From the NCBI GenBank assembly GCA_027036135.1, contig JALVSY010000007.1, positions 388,880 to 452,879 of the forward strand: 64,000 nt of DNA, given 5' to 3'. Source of the stretch: Pyrodictiaceae archaeon. GTDB taxonomy: Archaea > Thermoproteota > Thermoprotei_A > Sulfolobales > Pyrodictiaceae. Position numbers and translations under genes: made by a program. The notes under the pieces are model-generated. The model saw only the letters and a program-made list of their open reading frames with translations, did no database searches and had not been told where the DNA came from. Positions 59,650-64,000 of this stretch are shown here, one piece after another (position 1 is the first letter of the stretch; each line of letters starts with the position of its first letter).

Positions 59650-60410
59650 TCATATGAATACCTACGAGTAATTCGTATGTTCTCGTCACGATACCTCACG
59701 AGAGGAGATTCTATTAGGGCTGCAATAGCTTGGCCTAGTTCAGCCCCCTCTCTATTCCGAAGCATTTCAATTACTTCTATCGTTTCTGCGTCCTTGAGGT
59801 AATATAATAAAAGTACTAATGGAGGATATCGTAACGACGATACAAAGACTAATGAGGAGACTACTTGGAGCAGTGGGATGTCTTGTACTGGTGCTATGAA
59901 TAGATATAGAGGTATTGATACGATATAAAGATATATTATATTAGGTGGTATATGTGGGCTTAGAATCCATAGCAAAAGAGTTAGTATGGCGACATAGATT
60001 AATTGGTTCCTAAAACTTGTACTATAATCTTCTAATATGTTTTTATAATATCTTAGAATATTTATTACGCTAGCTAGGAAACTATCTTTTATATTATTTC
60101 TTTTAATATTAATTATTAGAAGTACTATTAAATATATGATTAGTATTGACTCCGTTATTGATACAGCCATTGTTGGTACTAATGTTGGTAATTGGTTATT
60201 AAAATTTGTTATAAGTATTGTTCTCTCTAATATTTTAAAAAATATTACTATATTCATAATAAATATAAGAATTGTAGCTAATATTGATTTGAGTATTAAA
60301 GCAACGAGAATCCCTATTAAAGGGTATACAATACTAGCGTATTGACTAGGCACGAATAATACAGTAGCGGCAAGGAATAACGAGAGAATAATACTAAGTT
60401 GTTGTCTCAT
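59625..60410 (-). CDS. Multi-pass membrane protein, probably the N-terminal part of the ATPase
   Basis: Several hydrophobic helices followed by a soluble tail ending YDWAP; 25-nt overlap with the ATPase ORF. Confidence 0.7.
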   Translation of the reverse strand: MRQQLSIILSLFLAATVLFVPSQYASIVYPLIGILVALILKSILATILIFIMNIVIFFKILERTILITNFNNQLPTLVPTMAVSITESILIIYLIVLLIINIKRNNIKDSFLASVINILRYYKNILEDYSTSFRNQLIYVAILTLLLWILSPHIPPNIIYLYIVSIPLYLFIAPVQDIPLLQVVSSLVFVSSLRYPPLVLLLYYLKDAETIEVIEMLRNREGAELGQAIAALIESPLVRYRDENIRITRRYSYDWAPLIIR

Positions 60411-60443
60411 TAGCACTCTTCCAAGCTCTGAGGTGAACTGGTA

Positions 60444-63260
60444 GTGCAACAAGATAATGTTTTTTCTCTACTCGACACGCGGCTCTATAAAGTGCTCAGT
60501 AAATATGGATATAGAGAACCTACTCCCATACAGTCGGCAGCAATTCCTTTTATTCTTACTGGCTATAGTGTTCTGATAGCTGCTCCCACTGGGAGCGGAA
60601 AAACAGAAGCAGCTTTGTTTCCTGTAATGTCCATGATACTTAGAAACAGACTCTCCGGGATACGTGCTCTCTATATTACTCCTCTTAAGAGCTTAAACAG
60701 GGACATTTTCCAAAGAATGGCACGTATTGCCGAGGAGGCTGGTTTAAGTCTTAGAGTTAGGCATGGTGATAGCAGTGCGTCGGAGAAAAGAGAATTCTTG
60801 ATGAATCCTCCAGCAATAGCTATTATGACTCCCGAAACTTTCTACTTACTTTTATCCTCGGAGCCTTTCAGGAGATCATTAAGATATTTGGAATACGTAA
60901 TAGTAGATGAAGTTCACGAGCTCTTATCGAGTAAACGTGGTGTAGAGTTATCTCTAGCGATAGAGCGTGTTGATGCTCTTTATTCAAGGAAACACCTAAA
61001 GATTATAGCATTATCGGCAACGCTAAGCGATCCATTTGGTGTTGCGAGGCTCATCATGGGGCATAGAGTATTTAGGGTTATTAATGCAGATAGATTAGTA
61101 AAACGCTATGCAATAGAGGTTGATGTGCCATGCCCTAAGGAATCCTGTTCCGATTCGCTAGAGTCTCTTAATGCTAGAGTGAATTATATAGCTAACAAGG
61201 TGGCGAGTTCTCGCGGAAATGTTTTGCTGTTTACGAATACTCGTGACACAGCAGAGGTGCTCGGCGCTTTACTTAGGAGTAGGCTAGGCAATATTGTCCG
61301 TGTTCATCACGGTAGCCTTAGTAGGGATGAACGAATAGAGAGTGAAACATACTTCCGGGACGGCAAGGTGAGATTGCTTATAGCGACTTCAAGCCTAGAA
61401 CTGGGCATCGATATAGGGCGTGTTGACTTAGTTATTCAGTACTTATCTCCGCGCCAAGCCTCTAGGCTTGTTCAGCGTGTTGGTAGGGCTTCACATAAAT
61501 TAGGCTTAGTATCGAGGGGCATCATAGTTGCATCACCTAACGTTTTTGACATCCTTGAATCAGCTGTTATAGCTGCTAGAGCTATGCGAGGCAACTTAGA
61601 GGACCTCTATATACATATGAATGCACTAGACGCTTTGGTTCATCAAGTTGTGGGCTTGGTTATAGAGAGGGGTTCAATAAAGTTACTAGATGCTTACAAT
61701 ATCATTACACGTAGTAAATTCTATGAAAACCTTGACATAGATCAGTTTATTCAAGCAATCAGTGTAGCAGATTCTGTTGGCATTCTTCGTTTTAATGGCA
61801 ACGAGATTAAGCCTGGACCGCGTAGTAAGAGTTACTACTTCTCTACAACGATGATAACAGAGACTAAGCAATATGATGTAATCGACTCCATTAGTGGTAA
61901 GAAGATAGGCGTACTTGACGAGGAATTTGTCGCAACACTCGATAAGGGTGATGTCTTCGTACTAGCGGGTAGGGTTTGGGAGGTAATAGATATCACAAAT
62001 GATGTTGTGCGCGTAATTCCTCAAAGTAATACAGAGCGATTAATGCCTCCAGCATGGGAGGGCGAGCTAATACCAGTCGAATACGGTGTTGCACGTGAGG
62101 TTGGAAGTATTCTGAGAAGATTTAAGGAAAACAATAATGTTTTAGAGAATTATCCCCTATCCGAAAATGCTAAGGCCCTGGTGAATAGAAAGCTTATGAA
62201 TTATCTCAAAGATATAGGAGAACTACCTAGCGATAGAAGCTGCGTCATAGAGCACTATGGTGACGTCTTCATTATTTATAGTTTCTTGGGGTCTAGAGGG
62301 AATAAGGCTCTTGAGTACCTTATCTCAGCGTACATAGCTGAGATAGAAGGCTTTAATCCATCAACAGCCAGTACGCCCTATGTAGTCGCGGTTCGTCTTC
62401 CATCGCGCCGCTCAGCATCTTATGTTAGACAAATACTGCAAGGGCTAATGATGCTAAGTGATAAAGAAATAATAGAGCTAGTTAAAAGGGCAGTTAAAAG
62501 AAGTAAAATGTTTGAGTGGACTCTCTACAGAGTTAGTGTAAGAAGTGGTGCTATTCAGCGCGAGGTAGTTGATACCACGCTTTTGAAGAGAACACTAAGA
62601 AGATTAGCTGATACCATTCTCGGTGAGGAGGCTTTCAGAGAGATCCTTGTGAGAAAGATTGATATTAATGCGCTCTTACAATTCATTAAGGAGTTAAGAA
62701 AAGGAATACGTAAGTTAAAAGTCGTTGAACTAAGAAATATATCCATTTTAGCAGAGGACGCTGTATCAGAGGCAAGGTTTAGTGACAAGATAATTGCAAA
62801 ACAACTACCATCTACTATCATCGCTGAGGCTATTAAGAGAAGACTATCTCGGAAGGAGGTATACCTAGTATGTCTTATGTGTGGTTCGATTAAGAGAGAG
62901 TTAATCTCGAACATAGAAGATACTCCGAAGTGCGAAGAATGCGGCTCGAGAATGTTAGCACCATTTACCAGCATGGAAGAGGCCAAGAAAATCGCTAATA
63001 TTGTAAGGAAGAGACGCCAGCTAAGAACCCTTACGAAAAGCGAGGCTAGGTTGCTAAGAGAGGCTTATGAGAGGGCAAACATAGTGCTTAATTATGGTAA
63101 AAAAGGTATCGAGGCCTTATCTTGGATCGGCATTGGTCCGTCAACGGCTAGAAGGGTTCTGAAAAAACTTGTATTCGGTGAAGAGGCGTTTTATAAAGCT
63201 CTTATAGAGGCAGAGGTTCAATTTCATAAGTATAAGCATAAGCTTCAAAGAAAGGAATAG
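60444..63260 (+). CDS. lhr: Lhr-family SF2 helicase with C-terminal Cys4 zinc motif
   Basis: PTPIQ, APTGSGKT, DEVHEL..SKRG, HHGSLS, SSLELGID, QRVGRASH, PAWEGE, CLMC..CEECGS. Confidence 0.93.
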   Translation: MQQDNVFSLLDTRLYKVLSKYGYREPTPIQSAAIPFILTGYSVLIAAPTGSGKTEAALFPVMSMILRNRLSGIRALYITPLKSLNRDIFQRMARIAEEAGLSLRVRHGDSSASEKREFLMNPPAIAIMTPETFYLLLSSEPFRRSLRYLEYVIVDEVHELLSSKRGVELSLAIERVDALYSRKHLKIIALSATLSDPFGVARLIMGHRVFRVINADRLVKRYAIEVDVPCPKESCSDSLESLNARVNYIANKVASSRGNVLLFTNTRDTAEVLGALLRSRLGNIVRVHHGSLSRDERIESETYFRDGKVRLLIATSSLELGIDIGRVDLVIQYLSPRQASRLVQRVGRASHKLGLVSRGIIVASPNVFDILESAVIAARAMRGNLEDLYIHMNALDALVHQVVGLVIERGSIKLLDAYNIITRSKFYENLDIDQFIQAISVADSVGILRFNGNEIKPGPRSKSYYFSTTMITETKQYDVIDSISGKKIGVLDEEFVATLDKGDVFVLAGRVWEVIDITNDVVRVIPQSNTERLMPPAWEGELIPVEYGVAREVGSILRRFKENNNVLENYPLSENAKALVNRKLMNYLKDIGELPSDRSCVIEHYGDVFIIYSFLGSRGNKALEYLISAYIAEIEGFNPSTASTPYVVAVRLPSRRSASYVRQILQGLMMLSDKEIIELVKRAVKRSKMFEWTLYRVSVRSGAIQREVVDTTLLKRTLRRLADTILGEEAFREILVRKIDINALLQFIKELRKGIRKLKVVELRNISILAEDAVSEARFSDKIIAKQLPSTIIAEAIKRRLSRKEVYLVCLMCGSIKRELISNIEDTPKCEECGSRMLAPFTSMEEAKKIANIVRKRRQLRTLTKSEARLLREAYERANIVLNYGKKGIEALSWIGIGPSTARRVLKKLVFGEEAFYKALIEAEVQFHKYKHKLQRKE

Positions 63261-63317
63261 TTTCACCTACCCCATTCCCGGATATTGTTTCTACGAACAA
63301 AGAATCTACGGGGTAAG

Positions 63318-63593
63318 TTGAGCGATATAGTGAGTTTCATAAACACACTCACTACCCGGATAGTTACCATAGCATGGGGATTATTCCTTTTAACATGGAG
63401 CATTGGCTGGCTTCTCAAAGGCTCTCCCATACCCTTTATGAGAGTAAAGAGAGCCGGGCAAGACCTAGTTGAGGATGCTGTCTGGGCTGCCTTCTGGCTT
63501 GCACTAGGCTCATCAATATTCGCGCTAATATCATATATTGTTAATATGGTTGTTGGGTCACCAAGCATCAATGTAACCTCGGTACAACCCTAG
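63318..63593 (+). CDS. cedA1: CedA1-like small membrane protein (DNA-import pilin)
   Basis: TTG 63318; IAWGLFLLTWSIGWLLKGSPIPF.RVKRAGQDLVEDA..AAFWLALG matches CedA1. Confidence 0.85.
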   Translation: MSDIVSFINTLTTRIVTIAWGLFLLTWSIGWLLKGSPIPFMRVKRAGQDLVEDAVWAAFWLALGSSIFALISYIVNMVVGSPSINVTSVQP

Positions 63594-63609
63594 TAGGTGA
63601 TAATAAGCC

Positions 63610-64000
63610 ATGGTAGTACTAAGTCCCTCAGCTCTGCTTTTATTAGCCACACAGATATCTGTACTCACGTACCATGTTGGTGTGCTAATCTACTTGGCTC
63701 CAATACCTATACGTAGTCTAAAGAGGTGGGCACCGCTCCTTATTCAGGATAGTATATGGGCCGTGATACTAGCGCTTTCCTTCTCGGCTCTCCTATATCT
63801 TTCAGACCTTATTGCATCATGGAGTGGATATACGCTTCAGGACGTAGTACTTTATGCAAAATCTCGAATGAGTGCAATACTTACAGCACAATTTATACTA
63901 AAGATGTTTATGATGATGACGTCTATATTTGCATCGGCTTTTAATAAATTCTTCTCCTTTTTCCTAATACCTCTTACACTAAATTTTTATGCACTAATAT
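63610..64000 (+). CDS. cedA: CedA DNA-import membrane protein (partial)
   Basis: ATG 63610 with AGGTGA SD; LTYHVGVLIYLAPIPIRSLKRWAPLLIQDSI; open to the window end. Confidence 0.82.
   Translation, partial: MVVLSPSALLLLATQISVLTYHVGVLIYLAPIPIRSLKRWAPLLIQDSIWAVILALSFSALLYLSDLIASWSGYTLQDVVLYAKSRMSAILTAQFILKMFMMMTSIFASAFNKFFSFFLIPLTLNFYALI

Noticed and set aside
1-64000. CRISPR or TIGR-like array, transposase, provirus
   Set aside because: No regularly spaced direct repeats; C/D units are dispersed with dissimilar flanks; no Cas, Nop-domain nuclease or transposase ORFs

Overview
Core-genome window of a hyperthermophilic crenarchaeon, most likely Desulfurococcales/Pyrodictiaceae-like (inferred from PolB1, Rpo13, Ced, aKMT, PINA-Hjc and frequent TTG/GTG starts). 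Housekeeping genes include aRF1 (partial), LeuRS, SerRS, tetraether synthase Tes plus two more radical SAM genes, SHMT, two geranylgeranyl reductases, Hsp20, a RavA/ViaA-like pair, tRNA-Arg(GCG), PolB1, PINA-Hjc, XPB, Nbp35, PCNA, Rpo13, Lhr and the start of the Ced DNA-import locus. No CRISPR array, IS element or provirus was seen. The main unannotated layer is RNA. About 15 box C/D guide RNAs fill the intergenic gaps, some in tandem, convergent or antisense arrangements. Two ACA-less, H/ACA-like hairpins carry long (14-17 nt) 3' guides antisense to 16S rRNA. Other notable points: LeuRS apparently starts at a non-canonical ATT codon; an unannotated 50-aa twin-CX3CX3C peptide lies near the radical SAM cluster; three genes are frameshift-split; and Lhr, a membrane HerA-like ATPase and Ced are neighbours. 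All rRNA/tRNA target assignments use recalled consensus archaeal sequences, not this organism's own rRNA.
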